Below are positions 26,285 through 40,074 of a DNA stretch of 64,000 bases, one piece after another. The notes beneath the pieces are model-generated. The model did not search any database. It was not told where the DNA came from and was given only the letters and a program-made list of their open reading frames with translations. Every line of letters starts with the position of its first letter. Positions within the stretch are counted from its first letter, which is position 1. The stretch covers positions 324,756,001 to 324,820,000 of the forward strand of contig OZ024742.1 in NCBI GenBank assembly GCA_964016885.1, written 5' to 3'. This stretch comes from Eledone cirrhosa (lineage: Eukaryota). A program made the translations under genes and the position numbers.

Positions 26285-26742
26285 AGGGGAACATTCGACC
26301 CCAGTAATTGTACGATTTTTATCGACTTCGAAAGGATTTTTAACGCAAAGGATAGAGAGCCGGAACGAATACCGCAAAACATTTTATCCGACGTTTTAAC
26401 GACTCTACCAATTCGCCGCCTACGTGGATTCCTATGTCTAAACGTATACATAAATCTATTCGTGTAAAATCCACGATATAAATATTTTGAATGTGTCAAT
26501 CGTCAGAACTTAAATATCAAATATATTCTATATACTAGTTCTAAAAATATACATGATAATTGTTTCTACTTTTGGCACAAGGCCAGCAATTAACCAGTGC
26601 ATTACTGGTATTTTATTTTATCTACCCCGTAAGGATGAAATGCAAAGTTAACCTCGGCGGGATTTGATCTCAGAATGGCAAGGGCCGTAACTCTATGCGT
26701 CAAAACATGGTGTCCGACCCTCTACCGATACTGCCAATACAC
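26285..26742 (-). mobile_element. Two tRNA-derived SINE copies (older ~26285-26422; younger ~26560-26742)
   Basis: Reverse complement of the TGGCAGTATCGGTAGAG...ATCAAATCCCGCCGAGG...GGCCTTGTGCCAAAAGTAGAAAC family. Confidence 0.85.
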
Positions 26743-27028
26743 CGCAAAATAATGAAATCTAATCTTTAAAGTTTAGTTACAAATCATAAGTATCCAAAAT
26801 TAGTTTCCGATTACAATATTATAGGCTCAGCCTAGAATTCTTTGTGCTATATATGACACCCCCACAAATATGATTGAAGAGAGTAATTAACTTGATCCGA
26901 CATTTGTAAATGATGTAGGGATTTAGATATGTAACAATTATGCCGATATCATGTCTACTAAAAATGTCTGCATGTATTATATACATAGAACGTCTTTGCT
27001 TGTCCACATACATATGAATAATATATAA

Positions 27029-27072
<44 letters not shown>

Positions 27073-27199
27073 TCACATTGGGATGGTCATGTTGCCAATA
27101 AAAGTATAACAATATCTATTTCAACACACGTTTTCAGATAAGAAATCTCGCAAAACAAATTAAAAGACGAATTAAATATATATATATATATAACTTTAA

Positions 27200-28140
27200 T
27201 CTGTTATATATATAAAATTTCAAGTTATCAATAATGTAGTGATAATATATCGTCACGTTAGAGATGAACAGCGTACGCGTAGATTTACTCAACGAGTATA
27301 AATTATATTCTGGAGAAAATGTAGAAAAGATGAATATAAAATGAAAGTGCTTTTATAAAGGAATTTATTAGGTATTGACATATGTTTCTGTAACAGACGG
27401 AATACCTATGTATCGCTGCTTGTGTAATCATATAATGTTAGCAAGTATTCGATAGCAAATGTATAATCAGTTGTCACTTCTTCAGAGATATTGGATTAAT
27501 TGGAAAAAATCAGAAAAATTGAAGTATTTATATTACTTGTAAGAAAGGAAGAAGAGAGGGGATAGTATATGACAGATGGCAATCAATTTGCTGGTAAACA
27601 AGTATATAGAAGGTTTTTAATGAGAATACAATGAGTATATGGCTTATTTTATCTAACTAAGAATTTTTGGGAGTGCCTATATTAATCTATATTTGACCAA
27701 TTGAACAATGGACAGGGCTGGTCGTTTGGTGTAGTAGTATTAATACAGATATAAAGTATCAAGTAAGGAAGAGAGAGATTTTCACTGCTACTGTATAACA
27801 ACAATGCTGGTAGCCTGCTGGTATAAGCATTAGGGAATTGAATTAAGAAATCTCATTTTATCTATAGCAGTTTATATTAAATGGTAAAGAATAGAAGCGT
27901 TGATAGAATTAAGACTAATAGAGAATGTTAATATGTATTTTGACAATCAAACGGAGATGGAGACAGGCGTTCAATCCTGGTAACGTTTGTAATATGAAAA
28001 TGTAGATTTCAAGCGATTTTTACAGTATAACGATCGCTCTATTCTGTTATTTAATAAAATATTTTTGGATTTCATAATACAAAATAATTCCATATTTCCA
28101 AGGACAGGAATTTTGAAAATTGTGTAATATGGAATTATTT
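27200..28140 (-). mobile_element. Degenerate Penelope-like element 3' end with a hammerhead remnant
   Basis: Minus strand encodes EIYIFILQTLPGLN (PLE GIY-YIG C-terminal-like, ~27968-28010). Minus strand also has CTGAAGA a gtgaca...tgttac a GAAA catatg TC (27373-27490). Confidence 0.55.
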
Positions 28141-28191
28141 TCGAATAATAGAAAAGAGAGATAAATACATATATGTCTTGAAATCGTAAAT

Positions 28192-28287
28192 ATATACATA
28201 TATGTGTTCAAATTGTAAGGGAGCAGATCCGCTAAGGTGGTCATTAGCGAATCTGGTCCCTTACGATTTGAACACATATATGTACAT
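28192..28287. repeat. ~96-bp near-perfect hairpin
   Basis: 44-bp arms (…gtgttcaaattgtaagggagcagatccgctaa / ttagcgaatctggtcccttacgatttgaacac…) around an 8-nt loop. Confidence 0.85.
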
Positions 28288-28292
28288 ATCTC

Positions 28293-28354
<62 letters not shown>

Positions 28355-28356
<2 letters not shown>

Positions 28357-31300
28357 CGAAGGAAATGTGGTAACGAACCAGATGGACCATAACGCACCAA
28401 AGTACTCAATACTTAGGGTAGTAGAGTGGGTAATAGGAACAAGTACGACACCGACGGCAGAGCTCAAGCCGTTTCGACGGCTAATTCTGGACTAAATAAT
28501 AATTTTTAGCCTGGTAAATAAATAGCCGAACTTCTCAGGGGGGTAATGCCATATATGGGGAGTTAGTAATTGTCTAAAGGATTGGTCAAAAATTTGTTGT
28601 AAAGACAGATGATTCTATCATGGCATTTAGTGGATGGTAGGGGCAGCTGAACTTGCCGGTAGAACAAAGAGGGAGTGTGCGAAACCCAGTCAAGCGTTGA
28701 AAGTGAAATCTATACAGCAGATTCTAAGGATAGTGTATAGAAGGTCAAAAAAAGTGTACTGGCGAAGGGGAGGGGCGGGGGTTTGAAAAAATAGGTAAAC
28801 CGAAAGGGAGTAAACAAAAAAGCCATTATAAAAATGAGGAAATAAATATATAAAAAAACAAATATATAAAAAAACAATTTCTGGTTACTGCTCCACCCCC
28901 CACAATTACCAAATCTCTCATTGGTATTGCTAAGCTATAGAGAAGTTTAATAGGTGGAGAAAAATGCTAAATACGGGATTGTAGTGAAATAATTTTATAA
29001 AGCCATCTTTACAGGGGGGTCTAACACCACTGCTATAGTTAGTAGTAATCAGCCAATGCTATCTTACAATGACAGGGTAATAAGTTAAAGACAAACATAC
29101 TAAAAAACTAATACGAAATATTAATTCAGAATACTAATACATAAATATTAATACAAGAATACTAATGCAAAAATACCACTAAGAAATTTAGAAATCACGG
29201 AAATGGAGCAGCAACCATAAAGAAAGCAATTATCTGGGGTCTAACACATCTGCTATAAAAAGCGTAATCGACCAATTCTATCTTAAAATCAGGGGGGGGG
29301 GGGGTTGAGGCTACAGAGGACCGATGGGCTGCATCGGGGTGGGCGAAAAGGTGAACAAAAAAGACGACAAGGAAGGAGATCTGGGGTGGAAGGACTAGGA
29401 AGAGATGTGGGGAAGAAGGAAATATAGAAGAAAAGATTAAAAAAAAGTTACGTCTACCTTTGTAAGCAGGGGTTACCCCTTAGTGGGGTGTTTCAGCCCT
29501 TGTATACCCACCCGGGTCATTATGGGGTTTGAGGGCGTGGTAAGTCCTACGCAATCTGTGTTTGCATGCAGTTACCAGTTCGTCTTTCTTGTTTAGGAGT
29601 TGGTCCTTCGAAAACAGCATTTGTAATGTTTCCTCCGAGCATATATTACACGGACGGCGTCCTCCCGTGTAAGAGTTAGCTCTGGACAGTAAATTCCTTA
29701 GCAAATTAACAGAGTATGAAAACACCAACGACATCATGGTGCACTCGGACAAAACCGGTAACCTCTACTTCGTCAACCCCGACTGATACCACACACTGAT
29801 CAGGAGCAGCCTCAACTCCACCTATAAAAAGGCTAACCATTCAAGTATCGAGGACATAAATCGGGATGGACAACAAATTACCTCCAGCCTCGCACTGAAC
29901 CCCTAGACAACAGACTCCCTACTTCACACTGAAGGACCACAAATCCGACTTCGACCGTAAATCATCCATCAGGCTTATGTACCCAACGAAGTCCGACATA
30001 GGGAGAATCAGTAAAAAAAATCCTAGACAGCGTTATACCAAAAGTTAAGCAAAGCGCGAGACTTAGCCTATGGGTCAACACCCAGTAAGTAATCTCATGG
30101 TTCAGCAATATGGAGGACAAACGAGACACAAAATTCATCCAGTTTAACACAGAGAGTTACTATGCTTCAATTATCTTACCGCTCCTTACGGCCGCCTTGG
30201 ACTTTGCCGAAACACTCACGCCCATCACGGACCAGGAAAGAAATATCATCCTCCACGCCAGGAAGACAGTCCTACTTTTCGACAACTCCAAATGGATAAA
30301 CAGACCTCCTGACTCCCCTTTCGTCAGTATGGGCGCGATGGATTCGGCTGAGGTCACATATCTTATAGGATTATTCCTACTATTTAAAATCACCGAAATG
30401 TTTCCTGCATTCGGCGGTGGATTGTACCGTGATGATGGACTCCTTACCCTCAAAGAGTACAACCCCAGTAGTACAGACCGGGTCCGTAAACAATTAATCA
30501 GCTTCTTCCGCGACTTGGGATTTAAAATAACCCTACAAACGTCCCTAACCCGAGTAAACATCCTGGACGTTACCCTTAACCTCAATAATGATCTGTACTA
30601 CCCATACAGGAAACCAAACGACAACCTACATTACATCCACCGCCGGTCGAACCATCCTAGAAACCACCAATAACCTGGTTAAAAACATCTCACTCCGCAT
30701 ATCTCGTTTGTCCGCTAATGAGCAGATATTCGATGAACATGCGCCTTATTACAATCAGGCCCTCAAGCGGAGTGGCTTCCGGGAGGAAATATCCTATTAT
30801 CCAGCTTCCATTAGCGGAACCAGCAGGCGACACCGCCGCTCACGCAACGTAACATGGTTCAATCCTCCCCACAATGCCGAGGTGACAACACCTATCGGGA
30901 AAATCTTCTTTAGGCTCATCGAAAAACACTTCCCACTACAACACCGCTACCACAACATAATCAACAAAAACACCATCAAACTCTCCTACAGCACCACACC
31001 TAACTTTGCACAAAACATCGTCTCCTCTAACAACAAAAAACTCAATGCCTATGGAAGAAATAACCTAGACAGCAGTGAAGAGCCGACCACGAGGTGTAAC
31101 TGTCCTGATAGATCCCTTTGCCCCTCAACAACAGATGCCGAGATCGTAATGTGATCTACCAGTGCAACGTGAGGAAAAACAAAGCTCCAACAAAGCTTAT
31201 ATAGGATTAACTGCTTGTGACTTCAAGACCCGGCTCTACCTGCACACATACTTTCCGAAACCCGACACGGCGTCACCCCATTACACGTTCGGGCCACATC

Positions 31301-32797
31301 TGGGACCTCAAAGATAATAATATAACCTACAATCTCACTTGGAGCTTACTGTCCAGAGCTAACTCTTACACGGGAGGACGCCGTCCGTGTAATCTATGCT
31401 CGGAGGAAACATTACAAACGCTGTTTTCGAAGGACCAACTCCTAAACAAGAAAGACGCATTGGTAACTGCATGCAAACACAGATTGCGTAGGACTTACCT
31501 CGCGCTCAAACCCCATAATGATCCGGGTGGGCAGACAAGGGCTGAAATACCCCACTTGCCGACTTTGTATGGGGTAACCCCTGCTTACAACGGTAGACGT
31601 AACTTTTTTTTTTTAAAATCTTTTCCTCTATATTTTCTTCTTCCCCCCCCATCTCTTCCTAGTCCTTCCACCCCAGATCTCCTTCCTTGTCGTCTTTTTT
31701 GTTCACCTTTTCGCCCACCCCGATGCAGCCCATCGGTCCTCTGTAGCCTCAACACACTCCACCCTAATTTTAAGATAGAATTGGTCGATTACGCTTTTTA
31801 TAGCAGATGTGTTAGACCCCAGATAATTGCTTTCTTTATGGTTGCTGCTCCATTTCCGTGATATCTAAAATTTCTTAGTGGTATTTTTGCATTAGTATTC
31901 TTGTATTAGTATTTATGTATTAGTATTCTGAATTAATATTTCGTATTAGTTTTTTAGTCTGTTTGTCCTCTAACTTATTAACCTGCCATTGTAAGATAGC
32001 ACTGGCTGATTACTACTAACTATAGCAGTGGTGTTAAACCTCCTGTAAAGATGGCTTTATAAAATTCTTAGTAGTATTTTTGCATTAGCATTCTTGTATT
32101 AGTATTTATGTATTAGCATTCTGAATTAATATTTCGTATTAGTTTTCTTAGTATGTTTGTTCTCAACTTATTAACCTATCATTGTAAGATAGCATTGGCT
32201 GATTACTACTAACTATAGCAGTGGTGTTAGACCCCCTGTAAAGATGGTTAAATAAAATTCTTCCACTACAATCCCGTATTTAGCATTTTTATCCACCTAT
32301 TAAACTTCTCTATAGCTTAGCAATACCAATGAGAGATTTGGTGATTGTGGGGATGGTGCAGTAACCAGAAATGTTTTTTTATATATTTGTTTTTTTTATA
32401 TATTTATTTCCTCATTTTTATAATGGCTTTTTTGTTTACTCCTTTTCGATTTACCTATTTTTTCACCCCCCTTTCTCCAGTACACTTTTTTCGACCTTCT
32501 ATACACTATCCTTAGAAACTGCTGAATATATTTCACTTTCAACGCTTGACTGTGTTTCCCCCACTCCCTCTTTGTTCTACCGGCAAGTTAGCTACCCCTA
32601 CCTTCCATTAAATGCCATGATAGAATCATCTATCTTTACAACAAATTTTTGACCAATCCTTTGGACAATTACTATCTTCCCATATATGGAATTACCCCCT
32701 GAGAAATTCGGCTATTTATTTACCAGGCTAAACATTCTTATTTAGTCCAGAATTTACCGTCGAAATGGCTTGAGCTCTGCCGTCGGGGTCATAATTG

Positions 32798-32800
<3 letters not shown>
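28355..32800 (+). mobile_element. Naiad-type Penelope-like element: 5'-truncated RT-GIY-YIG body with an upstream inverted pseudo-LTR
   Basis: Body is ~29690-32800. Region ~28435-29690 is the reverse complement of ~31345-32800, and 28355-28435 extends further 3'. Both ends lie in (TA)n. Confidence 0.88.
29692..31520 (+). pseudogene. Naiad RT + GIY-YIG endonuclease, frameshifted
   Basis: DKTGNLY, MGAMDSAEV, GLYRDDGL, YRKPND..YIHRRSNHP, TWFNPP, KLSYS, CNC..CP, IYQC, YIGLT, HIWDLK, CNLCSEE. Confidence 0.85.
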
Positions 32801-32842
<42 letters not shown>

Positions 32843-32981
32843 GTATGTGAATGACGGCTGAGAGAAAATAGTACTCAATACTGAAGTAGAGTTTTAATAT
32901 TTATTATTATTAAGATTAAAAAGTGAAGAAGATGAAGGATCTACATTACTGCTGCTGTTACCTCATAATTATAACTTCCAG

Positions 32982-33167
32982 GGTAGGGGATTGGCAGTAT
33001 CGGTGGAGAGTCTGGCGCCTTGCTTTACAGTACAGAGTTAAGGCCATTTTCGTTCTGAGTTCAAATCCCGCCAAGGTTAACTTTGCCTTTCAACCCTATG
33101 GGATCGATAAAACAAAGTACCAGTAATGCACTGGAGTAATTGCTGGCCTTGTGCCAAAAGTAGAAAC
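32982..33167 (+). mobile_element. tRNA-derived SINE with a 15-bp TSD
   Basis: A-box-like TGGCAGTATCGG, B box GAGTTCAAATCC; TSD aattataacttccag (32967-32981) / aattatgacttccag (33168-33182). Confidence 0.9.
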
Positions 33168-33330
33168 AATTATGACTTCCAGTACTGCCATTGCTATATT
33201 TACAGCTCTTCTCTTCTGATTAATACAACCACTAACAATTCCAAAAATTGTAAAAACACAAACGATTCTGAGAATTGTATTTCTCGATCTAACAATCCTG
33301 ATGTCCACACCGACACCATCTTAAACGATG

Positions 33331-33500
<170 letters not shown>

Positions 33501-33772
33501 CATATCATCTTCAACAACATCAGAAATAAACCGACTGAGCTTCTACTTTGTCGTTAAATATTACTATAGTCATATATACCTAATTCACAGACTACCTTAC
33601 TAACATACTTGACACATATTCCACAGTATAGTCCTTAAAAAATATATAATGCCATGGGAGAGATAGAGGGAATATTGCGATTATAAATCGCTTTCTTACA
33701 ACACAGCTTATATGGAGGTAAACACCAAAGAAAATTTTATCTTGGAATTATCATCTATATAATTTTTCTTAC

Positions 33773-33825
33773 CTGTTGTACAAACATGGCTGGACACAGA
33801 ATACTGCACAAATATTCTAATAGTT
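33773..33825 (-). other. Candidate 53-bp host exon
   Basis: Minus strand: ttcataattctatag | AACTATTAG...GTACAACAG | GTAAGA (strong CAG/GTAAG donor). No expression evidence. Confidence 0.3.
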
Positions 33826-34129
33826 CTATAGAATTATGAAATAATACATATGAACAAGCCATAGATGACGAACATCATTAAGTAATGTCAGTTTCATGAG
33901 GGGATAAAACGCCTCCATCCTTTTGAAGGAAAAAAAAAATGAGTATAAATCCTGGAAAACTGTAAGTCCGGTATTGGAAACAACAAAAAAAAAAAAAAAT
34001 CATAAGGGATTGACACTCCAAATTCACTATTTTCCTTTTACTTTGCTTAACTTTTCAAATTAAATGACATGACGGTTCAGTTATATTCAAATATTGTAAG
34101 CGCGTCCATTGAGAATATCGTCTTTGACA

Positions 34130-36990
34130 AACTGCTCAGTTGCTCGCATGTGTGCGTGCTGAATTCTGGGTCTTTCCGCTGGGAACAACCCCTTGTTTCC
34201 CCCTCCACCCTATTTTGTGTACATCCATCCATTCACTCATTCATTTACTGCCATTCTACCTTCCTGTGTCTCCCCCTCCATGCAGCCCCTTTTTGCTCTC
34301 GTTTTCTGGAACCTCCATATATATAGGTGAGCTATGCTTCCCTCTTACTACCACTTTCCCTTCAAACCACACACACCAGCCACCCACCCCTGATGCCGAC
34401 GGTGCCCCAGTCCCCGGCCTCACGCCCCATCCCCACCCCTCCAAATCGACATCTGCAGCACTTGCGGCACTACTAACAAACGGAAGAGGGGCCGGAACTG
34501 TTTGGGGTGCGGCTGCTTCCACCACCTCACCTGCATTGGCTTGACTCCTCGAGCTTCCAAATCCCTCGCAGCGTGGAGGTGTAGGAGCTGCCTATTCCCC
34601 ACGTCTTCCCAGCCACGGCCGTCTGGCACACCACTAGATGGGACAGCGAGCTTGCCGGACGCCCGAGCCTCGCTGGTCAACATCGCTCGGCTCAGGCGGC
34701 TCCGGAAGATCCCACTCAGGATCCCAAGAGCTGCACGGGAGCAGGTGGCCGATGCCCTCGCTTCCCCGATTGAAAGCGCCCTGGACTCCAATCGATCCAA
34801 TGACTGGAAGCGGCTGTTCTATTTCGCCCCACCCGTCCTCGGCCTCCCCAGCTCTGGCGCTGACCGGGGCGGCCGTCAGCAGCAGCCTTCGTCAAGGCCA
34901 ATGTCTCGTCATTTGGGCGAGCGCCCATTCCAAGCGTGCCCAGGGACGCCACACACCCCACCCTCAGGTACCTCCTATCCTCCACCCCCGAGGCCAGCGC
35001 CAGGCGGTTGCGTGACCAGGTAAACGCAAAGCTTATCATGGGTGATGGCTCGGCCGCAGTCAGAGTTGTGACCTCAGAGGACACTGTCCTCCAACCCACC
35101 GAGGAGATCCTGGCTGCTCTGCGGCTCAAACACCCCGAGTCACCCAATGATCTCAGACCCATACCCCCACCCGTCCCCCACCTGCTCCTTGTGGCTACTG
35201 ATGCATATATCATGTCCGCCATCAGGTCCTTCCCAGCTAGCAGCTGCGGAGGTGTTGATGGTCTCCGACCAGGCCCTCTCCGCTGAGGCCGGGCGCCGCC
35301 TTCTGAGTGCAATTGTGGCGCTCACCAATAGGCTCATTCATGGTGCCCTCGACCCTTACGCTCGAGGCCTCTTTTTTTCGGCCAGCCTCACCGCTCTCAG
35401 GAAGAAAGAGGGTGGCATACGCCCCATTGCTGTGGGCAATGTCTTCCGGAGGCTGGCTGCTAAGCTGATCTGCAAGTCCGTCACACATGAATTGGGTGAG
35501 GAGTTTAGTCCGGTGCAACTGGGTGTCGGCGTGTCCGGTGGCTGTGAGAGAGCCTCTCATGCAATCAGGCAGTTCTTCAGCAGCTGCCCGTCGGTACCGG
35601 CATCCAGGGACTCCAGGCACATCATCGTCAAGCTTGACATGAGGAATGCCTTTAACACTTAAACGGCGGGATCATCTGCTCGAGGCCTGCCTCAGCCGAG
35701 CCCCCTCTGCCTACTCGCTGGACTACCTGTCATATGGAGCCCCGAGCATGCTCCTAGGTGCTGATACGGTCATACGCTCGGCTACTGGGGTCCAACAGGG
35801 CGACCCTTTGGGACCCTTTCTGTCCGCCCTTAGTATTGACCACATCGCCAGGAGTATCACGGCCCCTCTCAACGTTTGGTATCTGGATGATGCTACGTTG
35901 GGCGGACCCATACGGACGGTCTGCCGAGACCTTGAATCGGTGATTCCTGCTCTGGCGGGAATCGGCCTCCAGGTCAACTCGGCCAAGTCAGAGGTGGTGA
36001 AAGTCAGCCTCGATGCTGTGAGCTTTGCAGTCTCCGTCTTGGACGTGCGGTCCATTATCCGCCAGGTTCAGGTGATCCCCAAAGAGGATGTCCTCATCAT
36101 CGGGTCACCGATCCACTCGCCGGCCATCCGCTCCACCATCAGGTCCAGGCTTCAACAGCTCCAGACTCTCACGAGCCGATTGGGTTTGATTGACGGTCAC
36201 CCAGTTCTCTTTCTGCCGAGGAACTGCTTCGCCATGCCGAAACTCCTCTATACACTCCGCAGCGCTTCATGCTACACCCAGACATCTCTCCTCGCTGACC
36301 TCGATACTTGTATCCCAGCAGCAGCCGAGGGGATATGCAACGTCAAGTTTGACGACATAGGGTGGCAACAGGCCACCTTACCGGTCAGGTATGGCGGCCT
36401 AGGCCTCCGGTCCCCGATCTCACTAGCTTTGCCGGCGTATCTTTCGTCGGTAACCTCATGCCGCGTCCTTGTCAGCAGGGTTCTTCCAAACACAACAGAA
36501 CCCTCTGTGTTCAGAGAACGTGAGGCCGCCTGTGAGACGTGGGACCGGCTGGGACTTAGCCCAGTAGACGTCCCTCCCCTTCTCCCCCTGTTGACGTCAA
36601 GTCCCCCCAACGCACATGGGATGCCATCCAGTGCAGCCTGGCCTCAGACAGGCTCACGCGCCAGCTCGACCAGCACCGCCTTGCTTGTTTTCGTGCGGCC
36701 TCCAAACCCCACAGTGGTACCTGACTCCATGCTCTGCCCTCCTTCTCCACTGGCACACAGCTAGACAACCATAGCCTGCGAATCGGCGTTTCCCTGAGGC
36801 TCGGCCTCCGGATCTGCCAGCCACACCAGTGTCGTTGCGGTTCCACCGTGGACTCTTTCGGCCTCCACCCACTTTCCTGTCGCAACAGTGCCGGCCGCAT
36901 TCCACGCCATACTGCCCTCAATGAGGTCATAAAGCATGGCTTGGACGCTGCAGGCTTCCTTTCCCAGCTCGAGTCGGTGGGGCTGGTCTA
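34130..36990 (+). mobile_element. CRE-clade-like non-LTR retrotransposon, frameshifted and 3'-truncated, with an N-terminal PHD finger
   Basis: [86 protein letters not shown]-rich island; boundaries approximate. Confidence 0.85.
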
Positions 36991-37719
36991 TCTACTAACG
37001 AGCATATTTTCAAGGACAATTCCACTTATTACAATGAAGCTCTTGCTTGGAGTGGATTTGTCGATAAGGTAGCATACACAGAGTACGAGAATAGACCTAG
37101 AAGAAATAGATCCCGTCGCATTATATGGTATAACCCACCCTATAATATGGAGGTGGCCACACCATTGGCTGAGATCTTTCTATCCCTTATTACGAAGCAT
37201 TTTCCCCCTACACATAAATATAGTAACATTTTTAATAGAAATACTATTAAAGTTTCTTACTTTCCTGTATTACAGCCCCACATTATACCCTAACGGATAG
37301 TACGATCTATACGTGGATATTTTACGTCTTGATGTGGTAGCTAAGTATATGTTATGTTTATACCATTACTTATTTGCATAGGTAAGTATATATTACCTGT
37401 ATATTTTGTGAAGGTACGTATAATTTCTCGTACGTATATTTGATTGTATATGTTATGGCGTATATTTTTATATATTATGGTACATATGCTTTTGGTTATG
37501 TGTTTACGGGAGTTTTGCGTCTGTGTGAGTATGCGGGTTCGTACGTATGTTGGGTGTGTGTATATGTGTACTTCATGTTTTGGTTGCCGTACGTCTCCGA
37601 ACATTTGTGTATTTACATGTAGGTATGTGTCAGTTATATACGTATTTATTTATTTATATACGTTTATTTAATTACTTATTTATTTGTATACACGCACACA
37701 CACGCACACACACACACAC

Positions 37720-37829
<110 letters not shown>

Positions 37830-38002
37830 GTATATGTGCACAGTTTTGTATACTTATGGCGAGTATTTTCACGTATGCTTGTGTATGTACGTATTTGGAT
37901 GCGTCTATGTATTTATTTAATTTCAATTACCTCTGTATTGTATTTTATTTACTTTATTCTTAACTCTGAAGCGGAGAATCATTCGGTCTCCTAGTTAGAA
38001 TT

Positions 38003-38265
38003 TTAGTCTACGACTTCTGCTATACCATTTACGTGGTTTTGTCTTTGCGTGCAATTGTTCTCCACGCTCCACATATGACGTATTATCTTCGTTTTTTTTC
38101 GTTCATTGCCAGAGAACGTCTCTATGCACCACCTAAGAGAACATTAGTCTACGACTTCTTTTATACCATAAACGTGGTTCTGTCTTTTCGTGTAATTGTT
38201 TTTCACCGCTCCAAATAATGACGTATTATATTCGTTTTTTCCCGTTCTTCGCCAGCGAACGTTAC
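38003..38265. repeat. Diverged 141-bp tandem duplication upstream of a hammerhead-like motif
   Basis: ttagtctacgacttct...tatacca..acgtggtt at 38003 and 38144. Confidence 0.75.
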
Positions 38266-38353
38266 CACGAACCAAAGTATCGTCTTCCTGTCTTCCTCCG
38301 GTTGCAACGTTTTTTTGAAATATCCACTTCTGCGTTTACAGATTGACTTTGTT

Positions 38354-38404
38354 AGTTTCAGAAGATCCCGTTAAGGGTGAAAGCAGCGATTCTTTGCTTA
38401 AACT
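38354..38404 (+). ncRNA. Hammerhead-like motif with variant core CAGAAGA
   Basis: Identical to 19711-19761; followed by ttaatctgttat and then an AT tract. Confidence 0.5.
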
Positions 38405-38427
38405 TTAATCTGTTATATTAATTTAAA

Positions 38428-38477
<50 letters not shown>

Positions 38478-39213
38478 GCAAGTTCTCGCATAGTTTGTTG
38501 AAATTTAGAAATATATATATGTGTGTGTGTATATATATATATATTTATATATGTAAATATATACACACACACACATATATATACATATATTTCTAAATAA
38601 AAAAAAATACTGTGCGAGAACTTGTCATTACCAGCAACATCATAATTGATACACAAATATCATTAACTTTTTTTTCTTTTTAATAATAAAGTTAAGTTGT
38701 ATATTAATTAGAAGAGACAGTGCAAAACAGATTTTAGTAATAAAAATTTCTAAATCGTAAAAAATTCTATTTCAAATAACAACAACACTACATATATTGT
38801 TGTTTTCCTGCTTCCTCTACAACTACAACGGTACGCAATGGGGCCCACCCACAGCCCGGCAGACAGAATGGAGAAGTTTAACGACACTACCACTGTCGCA
38901 GAAGAGATCATCAACATCGGCAGTAACGACAAAGAAATGTTAATCATATTATCGCCTCGCGGTAGTATATATTCATTGATGTCGGCACCAACGAGAGAGA
39001 CTAATACTTAAGAAAGAAAAAATAATGTCAAAATGGTTGCAAAATTTATAAAGCACTTTGTAGTTCACCATTATAAATTCATCAATTATTCATATCAAAC
39101 AGATTCCTTTGAAGTAAACGACTACAAAAACAACTACGTTAATATTTATATATATATATATATATATAGATATAAATATTACAGTAGTTGTTTTTGTAGT
39201 CGTTTATATATAT

Positions 39214-39244
<31 letters not shown>

Positions 39245-39604
39245 AATATATATATATATAATATATATACATAATATATGTGTATATATATAGTCCATGA
39301 AATATTTTGTGCAGATTATTTGTCGCGAAATTTTGCCACTTTGCGTATTTCATAGGTTTACTAAAGAAATCCCTTGCAGCCTCTAGCTAATCGATGAAAG
39401 TGAAAATTGCAGTGTAAAATTCTAACCATCATTTTTATTCATTATTTAAAATAATCTACTTACGTCCTATTAGTCTACATTAGGCTTTCTTGGTAACAAC
39501 TAAAATTGCTACAGATTTAATTATATATGTATATTCTATAGTATGCAAACTTGAAGGAAAATGTATACACCGTATTTTCAAACAGTGTTTTATATATATA
39601 TATG

Positions 39605-39688
<84 letters not shown>

Positions 39689-39805
39689 GCATTATTTTGT
39701 GTATATATATATATATATATAATTTTGTACCACGATTATATCTTAATATAAAAATAAATTATATGCACATGGACATATTTTTTCTTTCTCGTAAGCGTAT
39801 GTATA

Positions 39806-39949
<144 letters not shown>

Positions 39950-40074
39950 ATATGCATATGTATCCATGTATATATGCATAAATATATCTATATCTACTCA
40001 TGTATATATGAATGCACTCGAAAATACACACATATATATATACACACACACATATATATATATACACACACGAT

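Noticed and set aside
31090-31420. Selenocysteine recoding in the Naiad ORF
   Set aside because: The conserved Cys positions inspected use TGT/TGC; the disruptions look like ordinary decay.
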